Positions 39,097-49,628 of a DNA stretch of 64,000 nucleotides are shown in pieces (the first letter of the stretch is position 1; every line of letters starts with the position of its first letter). The DNA comes from Candidatus Hydrogenedentota bacterium (lineage in GTDB: Bacteria; Hydrogenedentota; Hydrogenedentia; Hydrogenedentales; SLHB01). The notes under the pieces are model-generated. The model searched no databases. It saw only the letters and a list, made by a program, of their open reading frames with translations, and had not been told where the DNA came from. The DNA lies in contig JAKPDK010000167.1 in NCBI GenBank assembly GCA_029552745.1, positions 73,973 to 137,972 of the forward strand, in the 5' to 3' direction. The position numbers were made by a program, and so were the translations under genes.

Positions 39097-40320
39097 ATGG
39101 CTAAGATAAATCCAAATTACGACAAGTTGACGACGGGGTATCTGTTCCCCGAGATTGCGCGTCGTGCGCGGGCATTTATGGATGCCCACCCCGGGGTCAC
39201 GTTAATGAGGTTAGGTATCGGCAACACGACGGAGCCGTTAACGCCTACGATCATTCATGCCTTGCATCATGCGGTGGATCGCTTGGCCTGTGTGGAGACT
39301 TATACAGGTTACGGCGATGAGCAAGGCGACCGCGACCTCCGAGAAGCGCTTGCCGCACGATATGCCCGCTTGGGAGTATCCTTGGAACCGGAGGAGTTTT
39401 TCATTAGTGACGGTGCGAAACCCGACTCCGCAAACATCCAGTCCATTTTTGGGATAGACAACGTGGTGGCTGTGCAGGATCCCGCATATCCTGTTTATGT
39501 GGACAGCAATGTCATCGCCGGGCGGACAGGGCAATCGGTGAACGGACAGTACGCCGGTATTGTGTACATGCCATGCACGGAGGCGAATGGATTTTTCCCC
39601 GATATACCGCGTGAGAAGGTAGATCTGATCTATATTTGTAGTCCGAACAATCCCACCGGTGCCGTTGCTACGCATGAGCAGTTGAAAAAATTCGTGGATT
39701 ATGCGCGGGCACATAAAGCCGTGATTATTTTTGATTCGGCGTATGCGCCGTTTATCCGCGATCCGCATCTGCCGCGTTCTATTTACGAGGTAGAAGGCGC
39801 TCGGGAGTGTGCCATCGAGATCAGCAGTTTTTCGAAGGAGGCAGGTTTTACGGGTGTACGCCTCGGTTGGACGATCGTTCCCAAGACAGCCGTGTGTGAA
39901 GACGCCGCTCCGGGAAAACTTCACGCCCTGTGGCTGCGACGTCAAACTACCATGTTCAATGGGGCTTCCAACATCGCCCAGCGCGGCGGCCTCGCTGTGT
40001 TGTCGCCTCAAGGCGAAGAGGAATGTCGGGGGCTTGTGAATTATTATATGAACAATGCACGTATCATTCGTGAAGGGCTTTCTCAAAAAGGCCTGACGGT
40101 GTTTGGTGGTGTGAATGCCCCGTATGTGTGGGTGCGGACGCCTCATGGAATGTCGTCGTGGGAGTTTTTTGACAAACTACTGCACGAAGCGCATGTGGTG
40201 AGTACTCCAGGCTCAGGGTTTGGTCCGAGCGGGGAAGGGTATTTGCGCCTCAGCGCCTTCGGACACAAAGAGGATATTGAACGCGCAGTCAAAAGTATAC
40301 AAGACAATCTTAACGTCTGA
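39097..40320 (+). CDS. dapL: LL-diaminopimelate aminotransferase
   Basis: [58 protein letters not shown]. Confidence 0.93.
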   Translation: MAKINPNYDKLTTGYLFPEIARRARAFMDAHPGVTLMRLGIGNTTEPLTPTIIHALHHAVDRLACVETYTGYGDEQGDRDLREALAARYARLGVSLEPEEFFISDGAKPDSANIQSIFGIDNVVAVQDPAYPVYVDSNVIAGRTGQSVNGQYAGIVYMPCTEANGFFPDIPREKVDLIYICSPNNPTGAVATHEQLKKFVDYARAHKAVIIFDSAYAPFIRDPHLPRSIYEVEGARECAIEISSFSKEAGFTGVRLGWTIVPKTAVCEDAAPGKLHALWLRRQTTMFNGASNIAQRGGLAVLSPQGEEECRGLVNYYMNNARIIREGLSQKGLTVFGGVNAPYVWVRTPHGMSSWEFFDKLLHEAHVVSTPGSGFGPSGEGYLRLSAFGHKEDIERAVKSIQDNLNV

Positions 40321-40332
40321 AAGGGGTAACTA

Positions 40333-41709
40333 ATGGATATCGTGGGGAAAGAACTGTTGTTCACTGCGTTACGTCGGGAGACGACGCCGCGTCCAGCCTG
40401 GGTGCCTTTTGTCGGTGTGCATGGCGGCAAACTCATTGGCAAGACCGCCACGGAGTATTTGCAATCCGCCGAGGCGATCGTTGCAGGACAATTGCGAGCG
40501 ACAGAACTGTACCGCCCGGACGGGCTACCGATCGTGTTTGATCTTCAAATGGAAGCCGAGGTGCTGGGCTGTGAGTTGAAGTGGGCGGATGACGTACCTC
40601 CTTCGGTTATGTCGCATCCCTTGGAAACAAAGAAAGTCTCCGAATTGCCGCAATTCTCCACCGAGGCAGGACGTTTCCCACTCGTCCGTGATGCCATGCA
40701 ACGTCTCCGCAAAGAAATTGGAGGAACCGTGGCGCTGTACGGACTGCTCACTGGACCGTTCACGTTGCTATCCCACCTGCGCGGCGGCGAACTGTTCATG
40801 GACATGTTGATGGACCCTGCGAGCGTATGTGAGTCACTTGAGTTTTGTACGGACGTCGGCAAAGAGGTCGCCCGATTCTATTGCGACCATGGTGCTGATG
40901 TGGTTGCCGTGGTTGATCCGATGACAAGTCAGATTTCTCCCGATCATTTCGAGCAGTTTGTGGCGCCTTATGTCAATGAGATTTTCTCTTATGTGCGCCA
41001 GCGCGACGCGTTTTCTTCGTTGTTTGTCTGTGGCGACGCAACACGAAACCTCGAAGTCATGTGCCGTACCATGTGTGACAACGTGTCGATTGACGAAAAT
41101 ATCCCTTTGGAATTGTTGCGGTCGCTCGCCGGCAAGTACAACAAATCCTTCGGAGGAAATCTGAAACTGACGACGGTCCTTCTGTTGGGCACGGAGGCGG
41201 ATGCGATGCTCGATGCCATCCGTTGCATCGACGAAGGCGGATTAAAAGGGTTTGTGTTGGCGCCGGGTTGTGATCTGCCGTATGCAACGCCCGAGGCAAA
41301 CCTGCAAGCGGTCTCCCAAATGGTGCACGATGATTACCAGCGTACCGTGGCTCGGACAACCGCACAAGCATCGGAGTTTGGATCGTTCGACGATATCGTT
41401 TTGCCGACCTATGACGCGGAGCCTCAAGTCATTTTGGATGTCATCACCCTTGATTCCACAGCATGTGCTCCATGCCTTTACATGTTGGATACCGCTCTCA
41501 AGGCCGCGCAACGGTCGGGTGTGCCTGTGGACGTGCGGGAACATAAAATCAAGACCCGTTCGGGTATCGGGTACATGTGTAAACTGAATATCAAGAATAT
41601 CCCGACGATATGTATTGATGGAAAACCGACGTTTATCTCCCAGATTCCTGATCCGGAAACGCTGACGGAAGCGATTCAGCGGCGATATCGCGAAAAAAGC
41701 GGTGGATAA
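40333..41709 (+). CDS. Uroporphyrinogen decarboxylase/MtaA-CmuA family protein with C-terminal thioredoxin-like domain
   Basis: FDLQMEAEVLG, GPFTL, GGNL, LAPGCDLP; C-terminal CAPC and NIPTICIDG. Confidence 0.8.
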   Translation: MDIVGKELLFTALRRETTPRPAWVPFVGVHGGKLIGKTATEYLQSAEAIVAGQLRATELYRPDGLPIVFDLQMEAEVLGCELKWADDVPPSVMSHPLETKKVSELPQFSTEAGRFPLVRDAMQRLRKEIGGTVALYGLLTGPFTLLSHLRGGELFMDMLMDPASVCESLEFCTDVGKEVARFYCDHGADVVAVVDPMTSQISPDHFEQFVAPYVNEIFSYVRQRDAFSSLFVCGDATRNLEVMCRTMCDNVSIDENIPLELLRSLAGKYNKSFGGNLKLTTVLLLGTEADAMLDAIRCIDEGGLKGFVLAPGCDLPYATPEANLQAVSQMVHDDYQRTVARTTAQASEFGSFDDIVLPTYDAEPQVILDVITLDSTACAPCLYMLDTALKAAQRSGVPVDVREHKIKTRSGIGYMCKLNIKNIPTICIDGKPTFISQIPDPETLTEAIQRRYREKSGG

Positions 41710-41793
41710 ACTTGCTACGTGGCGGGGTTTGTCGCCCCCTCAAATCAGAGTTGTGATACAATCACAAAGGAACTTCGGACAGGAGAAATGCCT

Positions 41794-41988
41794 ATGCCGA
41801 CGTTTGAGTATCACGCCATTCGCGCGGAAGGTGACGAGGAGAAGTCGTTCGTAGGCGGCGTCGTAATCGCGAAAAACAAGGAAGAAGCCAAAGCCAAATT
41901 GCTCGCCAAAGGCTTAAAAGCGACCATGCTAAAAAAAGCCCGAGGGATCATGGCATTGGTGAAGTGGTTCGACGCCGATATCCGGTGA
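41794..41988 (+). CDS. Small protein resembling the N-terminal domain of PilC/GspF
   Basis: AGGAG RBS; MPTFEYHA...GVVIAKNKEEAKAKLLAKGL pattern. Confidence 0.6.
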   Translation: MPTFEYHAIRAEGDEEKSFVGGVVIAKNKEEAKAKLLAKGLKATMLKKARGIMALVKWFDADIR

Positions 41989-42107
41989 AATGGTAGGTAG
42001 CTTGGTTCCATCGTCCCGCTTTTGTCTTTTTCGTACGGCAGGTTGGTTTTTTATTAGGGGATTTCAAGAAAGCACGGGAGCCGAGCGTCGAACGCGAGGA
42101 AAACACG

Positions 42108-42794
42108 GTGCGCGTGGCGATACACCAACCTCATTATCTGCCTTGGCTACGATACGTTGAAAAAGTGGCGCGTGCGGATGTCTTCATCCTTTTGGACACC
42201 GTGGCGTTTACCAAAAATGGCTGGCAGAACCGCAATCGAATCAAAACCCAAAACGGCACAGTGCTCCTGACAGTTCCCGTGCACGCCACACTTGGCATGC
42301 CCTTGTCCGAAGTGCGTATTGACCACAATCAACCTTGGCAAAAAAAACATTGGCGCAGCATCGAACAAGCGTACAGGAAAGCGCCGTTCTTTGAGCGATA
42401 TGCGCCCGGATTACGAGCGCTCTATCATGCCGACTGGGACCGACTTGTCGAATTGAATCACCGCATGCTCCTTTTTTTTCTGGACGCATTGGGCCTGCGC
42501 ACTCCGGTTTATCTGGCGTCGTCGATGCCCGTGAATGGTACCGGGACAGAGCGGCTTATCGAGCTTGTTCGCCATGTGCAAGGAGATACGTATTACACGG
42601 GGGCTTTTGCAGCGGAGACGTATCTAAATGCCGCCTTGTTTGAACAAGCGGGGTTGAAACTGGAACTCCAACAATGGCAAGCGCCCAACTATCCTCAACT
42701 CCATGGAGAATTTGTCCGCGATTTGTCCATCGTTGATCTGCTTATGAATGTCGGACCTGACTCATTAAAAATCCTTCTTGGAGAATCCCTATGA
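42108..42794 (+). CDS. WbqC-family protein
   Basis: AIHQPHYLPW, WQNRNRI, LTVPV, AYRKAPFF, YPQL, LSIVDLLMN. Confidence 0.88.
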   Translation: MRVAIHQPHYLPWLRYVEKVARADVFILLDTVAFTKNGWQNRNRIKTQNGTVLLTVPVHATLGMPLSEVRIDHNQPWQKKHWRSIEQAYRKAPFFERYAPGLRALYHADWDRLVELNHRMLLFFLDALGLRTPVYLASSMPVNGTGTERLIELVRHVQGDTYYTGAFAAETYLNAALFEQAGLKLELQQWQAPNYPQLHGEFVRDLSIVDLLMNVGPDSLKILLGESL

Positions 42795-43780
42795 TTCGTC
42801 ATAGCGCTCCCACCCTCACCGAGGAAGAAATCCAAGCATGTGCCGATGTCATGCGATCAGGTCACATCGCCCAAGGCGTCCAGGTGGAAGCATTCGAACA
42901 GGAATGCGCCGCATACCTAGGCCGACGTTTCGGGATCGCCGTTAACAGCGGCACAAATGCCTTAATCCTGGCACTGGAAATACTCGAAATATCCCGGGGC
43001 TCTCGGGTGGCTATGCCGTCGTATGTTTGTGCAGCGTTGGCTACCGCCGTGTTGCAATGTGGCGCTGTGCCCGTCCTCTGCGACTGCCGGCAACAAGATC
43101 ACAACATGGATCCACATCGTGTCCCTCCCGACATACCGGTGATCGCCGTGCACCTGTTCGGCGCGCCAGCACCCCTTCCCCAAAATCCCTTGCTCATCGA
43201 AGACATTGCACAAGCCATCGGGGCACCTGTCGGGAAAACGGGTAAGGTCAGCATCGTTTCGTTTTATGCAACAAAACTCCTCACAACGGGCGAAGGAGGT
43301 ATGCTGTTTACGGACGATGACGCCCTTGCCCAAGCCGCCCGCGATCTGCGCGATTACGATAACCGCGAGCATTTTCGCCTGCGACATAATTTCAAAATGA
43401 CGGACCTTCAGGCAGCCATCGGGCGCGCGCAACTTAGAAAACTGGACGTGTTCATAAAGCGCAGACGGGAAATCGCCCAACGATTTACCGAAGCCTTCGC
43501 GGAACTTCCCCTGGAACTGCCCCACGCTGAAAACCACGTCTATGCGCGGTATGTTGTCGGCCTCGACCAACGAGACGAACTCCAACAGCACCTAAGCCGC
43601 TTCAAAATTGAAGCCAAACGCCCCGTCTATCGGCCGCTCCACCATTACCACCTCGACCCGCACGCTGAGTGTCCCAATGCCGAACGCGCCCACCGCCGTT
43701 TGCTCTCTCTACCCATATACCCGAGCCTCAAAGACGAGGAGGTCGAGCAAATTATCCAAGCGGTTCGCAGCTTTTTCTGA
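42791..43780 (+). CDS. DegT/DnrJ/EryC1/StrS aminotransferase
   Basis: NSGTNAL, VHLFG, IEDIAQAIG, SFYATKLLTTGEGG, LSLPIYP. Confidence 0.9.
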   Translation: MIRHSAPTLTEEEIQACADVMRSGHIAQGVQVEAFEQECAAYLGRRFGIAVNSGTNALILALEILEISRGSRVAMPSYVCAALATAVLQCGAVPVLCDCRQQDHNMDPHRVPPDIPVIAVHLFGAPAPLPQNPLLIEDIAQAIGAPVGKTGKVSIVSFYATKLLTTGEGGMLFTDDDALAQAARDLRDYDNREHFRLRHNFKMTDLQAAIGRAQLRKLDVFIKRRREIAQRFTEAFAELPLELPHAENHVYARYVVGLDQRDELQQHLSRFKIEAKRPVYRPLHHYHLDPHAECPNAERAHRRLLSLPIYPSLKDEEVEQIIQAVRSFF

Positions 43781-43849
43781 CCTCCCCATAGCATTTAAGA
43801 AATTAGGATAGATGCATTTCGCGCCACCCGTTTTTTGAAGTGCCCCGGC

Positions 43850-44196
43850 TGTCATCGCGAGAAGCCCCGAAGGGCGACGCCTTCTTGCCCTACACCCCCA
43901 GCTGTCATTGCGAAGAGCCCCAAAGGAGCGACGCTTCCTTACTCTGCCCCCGGCTGTCATTGCGAGGAGTGCCGTGAGGCACGACGTGGCAATCCCCTCG
44001 GGAATTCGGAGAAGACTTTGACCTTGCCCTGCGCCCTCTTGCGCTAAGCGGGTGAGGGGATTGCTTCGTCGCCTCGAAGACTCCGCTCCTCGCAATGACA
44101 ACGACGGGGACGAAGAGGGCGAGCAGGGGGCTCGCCCCTACAAAGAACGCCGGGGACTGATTCCTCGCATAGGGGACGCCGCTCCTCGCAATGACA
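43850..44196. repeat. Palindrome cluster: two short arms, full element (43955-44100), GTAG REP and extra right arm
   Basis: Arms at 43850, 43903 and 43955; REP at 44117-44141; last arm ends at 44196. Confidence 0.88.
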
Positions 44197-44390
44197 AGGG
44201 GGCGCAAGGGGCGGGAAAAGGGTTGTCCTTACTAAGGACGAGATAAAACCCATCCCTCCAAAACGTGGAACCCCACGGCGAGACATCCACATTACAAGGC
44301 GCGCGCTATATCAGAATTCCGATGTTCTTGATGTCAGGTGCCGCAAGGTCGTACGAAAATGATAGGCATCAAAACGAACTGTTTTGGCCT

Positions 44391-45926
44391 TTATTTCGCT
44401 GAAAAACCCGGCGTCAATAAGTCTTCGTGCAAGACACGCCCATTAACGTCGCAGTGACGCAGGATTAGCGTAGGCATATCATTGACACGAGTTACTTCAA
44501 CCGCCAGGAAGCCGCCGACCACATTCAGGTATTTGTGTTGAGGGCGCTTGTCGTCTTGACTCCAACCGCCTGCGTGCTCGTCGCTTGCCGGGCCACACGA
44601 GTACTCACGAAGTCCAGTTTCAGGATCGATAGAGACGTATTGCCAATGCCGGTCGCCGCAAATCACAATCATGTCCTTCTGTGACGCCAAGAAAGTACGG
44701 AGCTCTTTCCCCTCTGACGCAAAGGCACTGTTTGCATGGTTATCCCCCTTTCTTGCACGGTCAGGACCGACTAACGGGGTCGGGCTGATCAACACACGAA
44801 ATGTAGCGTCCGAAGCGGCAACCGTCTTCTTGAACCACTCTTTCTGCTCTCGTCCCCAAATGGTTTTTTCAGGTCCATCTGGCATGGTGTTGGGGCTACG
44901 GAAGTCGCGCCCTTCTACCAGCCAGATTTGGAGATCCTTGCCCCAACGAAACGTACGGTAGGTCTTTTCGCCCATGGGGACTTGTTCTAAGAAAAGGGCC
45001 TGTCCTTGTTCGAAGGTGAACTCGCCCATGAAGGTCGTCTTCATACCAGGCCAACAATCGTTCATGAAGGTGTCATGGTCGTCTTTTATGAAATATGCAG
45101 GGACGCGGCGATGAAACTCGCGATTCGTTGGAAGACTGTACACGCGCCACCAATGCCAACGAGCCAAAGGCACGCTTTTTGCCAAATGGTCGTAGTAAAC
45201 GATGTCGCCAGTATGAACAAAAAAATGCGGCTCCAACGCTTGCATGGCGGGATAAATACGGAAGCCAAGATCGAGCATGTCGCGGTGCATGTATTCTTGT
45301 CCTGTGGAAACGCCAAAAACGACGCGTGCAGGTTCCGATGCAAGCGGCGCTGTCCGGAATTGTCCGTACAGGCTAGCACCAGGCGCTTGGGAGTTCGGTC
45401 TACGGGTTTCCACTTTTATCCGATAGAGAGTGTTAGGAACCAACCCATCCAACACAAATTGGTGTGTAAAATCCCGATTAGGGTCTACAGACGCCCAGGG
45501 TGTCATCCGGGGTGAGGACTCCTCGTTATCAGTCCAGTATACGAGGCGCACGTCGCCAGGTGTCCCCGGTGCAGCCCCTTCGAGGGTCTCTACCGTTGCG
45601 CCTTTCGGAAATTGCACTACGGGAACTGCGGTATGCTTCTCTTCTGGTTCTGCTTCGAGTGCCCCTGTCTTGGGGTTTTTGTAAAGCACGGTTGGCATGG
45701 GACCTTCGTCGCCCACGCGTTCCGGGGTGCTCGTCAGCCGTACCCAAACGATCGCCCGCGAATCAGTGACTTCCCCAATCTTGATGCCGGTAGCCAAGTA
45801 AGGACCCCCACTTCGTGTCGGCACGTGTTGACAAGAAACGCTGCAAACAAGAAGCAGCAAGCACAGTAACTCTATCCACCCGAGTCGGCCCGTGGCAATA
45901 TACTGCTTACACCACGCCTGTCTCAT
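44391..45926 (-). CDS. Alkaline phosphatase D (PhoD) family metallophosphatase, probable lipoprotein
   Basis: HTGDIVYYD, KDDHD, GRDFRS, CGDRH; start approximate (ATG 45926). Confidence 0.8.
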   Translation of the reverse strand: MRQAWCKQYIATGRLGWIELLCLLLLVCSVSCQHVPTRSGGPYLATGIKIGEVTDSRAIVWVRLTSTPERVGDEGPMPTVLYKNPKTGALEAEPEEKHTAVPVVQFPKGATVETLEGAAPGTPGDVRLVYWTDNEESSPRMTPWASVDPNRDFTHQFVLDGLVPNTLYRIKVETRRPNSQAPGASLYGQFRTAPLASEPARVVFGVSTGQEYMHRDMLDLGFRIYPAMQALEPHFFVHTGDIVYYDHLAKSVPLARWHWWRVYSLPTNREFHRRVPAYFIKDDHDTFMNDCWPGMKTTFMGEFTFEQGQALFLEQVPMGEKTYRTFRWGKDLQIWLVEGRDFRSPNTMPDGPEKTIWGREQKEWFKKTVAASDATFRVLISPTPLVGPDRARKGDNHANSAFASEGKELRTFLASQKDMIVICGDRHWQYVSIDPETGLREYSCGPASDEHAGGWSQDDKRPQHKYLNVVGGFLAVEVTRVNDMPTLILRHCDVNGRVLHEDLLTPGFSAK

Positions 45927-47478
45927 GTGCCCAATCCTCCCATGCGCGCAAAAGTTTCGCCGCCCGTTTGGGTTCTCTCGTGGAGAGATCTTCCAGTTCC
46001 GTACGGTCTTCTTGCATGTTGTACAATTCCCACTCGCCGGTCTTCGTAGCGACAAGCTTCCAGTGACCGTCTCGTATCGCCTTATTTCCCATGTGTTCCC
46101 AGTACAATCGGTCATGCGTCTCAACACGGCCGCCCCGCAACAACCCAGCGAAACTCTTCCCGACCGTCGGCTGGATATCGTTCCCGCGGTATGTTCTTGG
46201 GTAATTCACACCCGCCAACTCGAGACACGTCGGCAAGATATCCGTTATGTGGGTAATACGGTGTACGAGATCGCCCTTGCGCTTCACACCAGCGGGCCAG
46301 TGCACAATAAAGGGGGTTGCAATGCCCCCCTCGTGTACCCAATGTTTGTGAAGGCGGAAAGGAGTGTTACTGGCATTTGACCAAGGCCGCCCATACGACA
46401 CGAAAGATCCCCGTTCACCGGTTCTTGTGCCAGGTTTGTGAAGGTTGCGTTTACGGACATCTTCATGGCATCCCCCATTGTCCGACAAGAACATGACCAC
46501 GGTGTTTTCCGCTAGTTGTCGGGCCTGCAACGCTTCCAGCACGCGACCAATACCCTGGTCCATCCGATCGATCATGGCAGCATATACCGCCATGCGGAGA
46601 TCCATCTCTTCCTTGTCTGGAACATCGTCCCACGGAGGGACTTCAGGATCTCGAGGTGACAGTTTCCAACGGGGATCGATAATGCCCATGTTGACCAAAC
46701 GCTCATACCGTTCCTGACGCAGCCGATCCCAACCTTTGAGATACTTGCCGCGATACTTGGCAATATCCTCGGGCCACGCATGCAAGGGCCAGTGGGGCGC
46801 CGTATATGCCAAATACAGCAAGAAAGGCTTTTCCTCTGGGTGTTCCTTAATACACTGCACGGCGAAATCCGTAAACGCATCCGTCATATAGAAGTGATCG
46901 CCTTCCGGCCAGATACGTGTATCGTCCAACGCCATCGAACGCCGGTTCCGCTCCTCCTCCAATATCTCGAAATACGAACTAGCACCGCTTATCAAGCCGT
47001 AGTACCTGTCAAAGCCCCGTCGACGTGGCCAATGCTCCGGCGCTTCGCCTACATGCCACTTTCCCGACATATAGGTGCTGTAGTTGGCTTCGCGCAACAC
47101 CTCGGCGATAGTAATACACCTGTTATTAAGATAACCTTGGTAAGGTCCGGGAGAACTTGCTTCGTCAGGTTGCACAACCATTCCCCCCATCCCCGCCTGG
47201 TGCGGATTCAACCCCGTGAGCAAAGCTGCCCGCGATGGACAACACCGTGCCGCACTATACGCGTGCGTGAAACGAATACCGTTCCCAGCGAGACGGTCAA
47301 GGTTTGGGGTGGCAATTTCTCCCCCATAACAGCCGATATCCGAAAAACCAAGGTCATCTGCAAGAATAATCAGAAAGTTCGGACGTCGCCTGGGAGTTCG
47401 TTCCGAAGCCGTCGCAAGCCCCCCCATCGCTGCCATTGTCGCCGTGGCACCAACCCGCATAAACTCGCGTCGCGTCAT
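45907..47478 (-). CDS. Arylsulfatase with Tat signal peptide
   Basis: MTRREF Tat motif, ADDLGFSD, CCPSRAALLTG (CxPxR), GKWH, APHWPLHA, SDNG. Confidence 0.92.
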   Translation of the reverse strand: MTRREFMRVGATATMAAMGGLATASERTPRRRPNFLIILADDLGFSDIGCYGGEIATPNLDRLAGNGIRFTHAYSAARCCPSRAALLTGLNPHQAGMGGMVVQPDEASSPGPYQGYLNNRCITIAEVLREANYSTYMSGKWHVGEAPEHWPRRRGFDRYYGLISGASSYFEILEEERNRRSMALDDTRIWPEGDHFYMTDAFTDFAVQCIKEHPEEKPFLLYLAYTAPHWPLHAWPEDIAKYRGKYLKGWDRLRQERYERLVNMGIIDPRWKLSPRDPEVPPWDDVPDKEEMDLRMAVYAAMIDRMDQGIGRVLEALQARQLAENTVVMFLSDNGGCHEDVRKRNLHKPGTRTGERGSFVSYGRPWSNASNTPFRLHKHWVHEGGIATPFIVHWPAGVKRKGDLVHRITHITDILPTCLELAGVNYPRTYRGNDIQPTVGKSFAGLLRGGRVETHDRLYWEHMGNKAIRDGHWKLVATKTGEWELYNMQEDRTELEDLSTREPKRAAKLLRAWEDWAHETGVV

Positions 47479-47639
47479 AGCAAATTCCCCTGTTGTGTTT
47501 TCTGTTCATGAACTATAGTCCTATGTTTTCTCGCGTGTCAATCATTGGAAACGTAATTCCCAAAAAGAGCGGTTACGGTCAGAGGGGGGATTCCAATCCT
47601 TCCCCTGCGTTGCCTTGCGCTGCGCCCCATGTTGTTATT

Positions 47640-47661
47640 GCGAGACGTGCCTCGCCCCTAC
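47640..47661. repeat. Single GTAG-type REP (reverse orientation) fused to a degenerate TGTTATTGCGAG arm start
   Basis: GCGAGACGTGCCTCGCCCCTAC. Confidence 0.55.
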
Positions 47662-47818
47662 AAATAGAAACGTGGACTTCTCGGAAACGGGTTGTCCTGG
47701 GTAAGTAGATGGTAGGCAAGCCGCTGGCGCGCATTTGATTGGCACAGGGAAGGTCTTGATATGATTTCGCTTCGTTCCGGTTTTTAAGATCCCAACACAT
47801 TTGGAAACAAATCTATTT

Positions 47819-49618
47819 ATGGTACCTTGGCAGGCTCTTGTGACGTTGGTGGCGGTCGCGTTGGCATTTGTGGGGCTTGCGCTTAATCTAGCCCCGGATG
47901 CCATGTTGTTGGCTGCCTTGTTGATAGTGCTCTTGGCAGGGATTGTTAGCCCTCAGGAAGCGTTTCAGGGGTTCAGCAACGAAGGGATGTTAACAGTCGC
48001 AGCGCTTTTTGTGGTGTCGGCGGCATTGCGGGAAACAGGGGCGTTGGACCTCTTAGGCCGCTGGGTGTTTGGAAAAGCACGGCAGGAGCGGGGCGCCTTG
48101 GTTCGCCTTGCGGCGACCATAACGCCTTTGTCGGCGTTCTTGAACAATACTCCTATTGTGGCGATGTTCATCCCCGTGGTGATGGAATGGTGCAAGAAAC
48201 ACCGGGTTCCACCTTCTCGACTTTTGCTTTCGCTTTCTTATTTATCAATTCTGGGGGGAACGTGCACGCTTATTGGTACGAGCACGAATATTGTGGTGAA
48301 TGGGCTACTTGCCGAGGCGTCACGCACCCACGAGGCGTTTCGTGAAACGTTGCGCCCCATGTCGCTCTTTGAATTATCGTATGTGGGGGTGCCCTATGCG
48401 GTAATCGGGGTTCTGTATCTCTTGTTTATCGCGCCGCGTCTTTTACCTGCACGAAAGGATCTCGTGGAACAATTTGCAGAAGCTTCCCGGGAATACCTGG
48501 TCAACATGAAGATTCTTTCGGGTTGTCGTCTGATCGGTTCCACGGTTGAAGAAGCAGGGCTGCGCCATCTGCCGGGGCTCTTTCTAATAGAGATTTCGCG
48601 CGGAGACCAATTGATAGCGCCTGCGCCGCCGGACACGGTTCTGAAGGAAAACGATATTCTTACCTTCACCGGTGTAGTCGACACAATTGCGGATTTGGAA
48701 CGTATACCGCATTTTGTGCCGCTTGCGCAGGAGGAATCCCCCTCGCCTTTAAAAAATGCCCCCCGTATGTTGACGGAGGCTGTCGTCTCCCCGCGCTGTC
48801 CTTGTATCGGCAAGACTATTCGAGACGCTGATTTTCGGGCGTTGTACAATGCGGCGGTGGTTGCGGTGCATCGAAACGGAGAGCGGCTTCAGGGCAAGGT
48901 AGGCGACATTGTGCTGCGTGCGGGTGACACACTTTTGCTGCATACGGGTCCCCACTTTGCCCGTGCCCATCGTAACAATCCGGATTTCCTGCTGGTAGGC
49001 GCTGTAGAACATGCCAGGCCGGTTCGCTCGGAAAAGGTACTGGTCTCATTGCTCTTGATGGGGTTGCTGATTGTCTTGATGGCCAGCGGGAAAGTGAGCA
49101 CGTTGACAGCCGCTTTTCTGGTAGCCGCCCTGATGGTTGGTTTCCGGTGTATTTCGGTCGCGGATGCGCGCCAGAGCGTGGATTGGCAAACGTTGATTAC
49201 CATTGGAGCATCGTTCGGCTTGGGCAAGGCGCTGGAAAAATCGGGCGCTCCTGCTGCTGTGGCGGAGTGGTTGGTAGCCACCTCCGGCAACTGGGGACCC
49301 TATGCGGTTCTCGCGTGTGTATACATCGGGACAGGCGTCGTAACTGAAATGATCACGAATAATGCGGCAGCCGTGCTGCTTTTCCCGTTTGCGGTGGCGA
49401 TTGCAAATTCGCTGGGGGTCAGTCCGCGCCCATTTGTCATGGCGGTGATTTTTGCGGCGTCTGCAAGTTTTATTACGCCGATTGGTTATCAAACCAATCT
49501 AATGGTTTATGGTCCGGGCGGCTATCGGCTGGGGGACTTTGTTCGTGTGGGGCTGCCGCTCCATTTGGTGCTGTGGGTTGCGGCAACGGTGCTCATTCCT
49601 TCAGCGTGGCATTTTTGA
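47819..49618 (+). CDS. SLC13/CitMHS-type permease with two TrkA-C domains (possible sulfate/carboxylate transporter)
   Basis: SAFLNNTPIVA, LGGTCTLIGTSTN, TNNAAA, TPIGYQTNLMVYGPGGY; start approximate. Confidence 0.88.
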   Translation: MVPWQALVTLVAVALAFVGLALNLAPDAMLLAALLIVLLAGIVSPQEAFQGFSNEGMLTVAALFVVSAALRETGALDLLGRWVFGKARQERGALVRLAATITPLSAFLNNTPIVAMFIPVVMEWCKKHRVPPSRLLLSLSYLSILGGTCTLIGTSTNIVVNGLLAEASRTHEAFRETLRPMSLFELSYVGVPYAVIGVLYLLFIAPRLLPARKDLVEQFAEASREYLVNMKILSGCRLIGSTVEEAGLRHLPGLFLIEISRGDQLIAPAPPDTVLKENDILTFTGVVDTIADLERIPHFVPLAQEESPSPLKNAPRMLTEAVVSPRCPCIGKTIRDADFRALYNAAVVAVHRNGERLQGKVGDIVLRAGDTLLLHTGPHFARAHRNNPDFLLVGAVEHARPVRSEKVLVSLLLMGLLIVLMASGKVSTLTAAFLVAALMVGFRCISVADARQSVDWQTLITIGASFGLGKALEKSGAPAAVAEWLVATSGNWGPYAVLACVYIGTGVVTEMITNNAAAVLLFPFAVAIANSLGVSPRPFVMAVIFAASASFITPIGYQTNLMVYGPGGYRLGDFVRVGLPLHLVLWVAATVLIPSAWHF

Positions 49619-49628
49619 CGTCGCCAGG

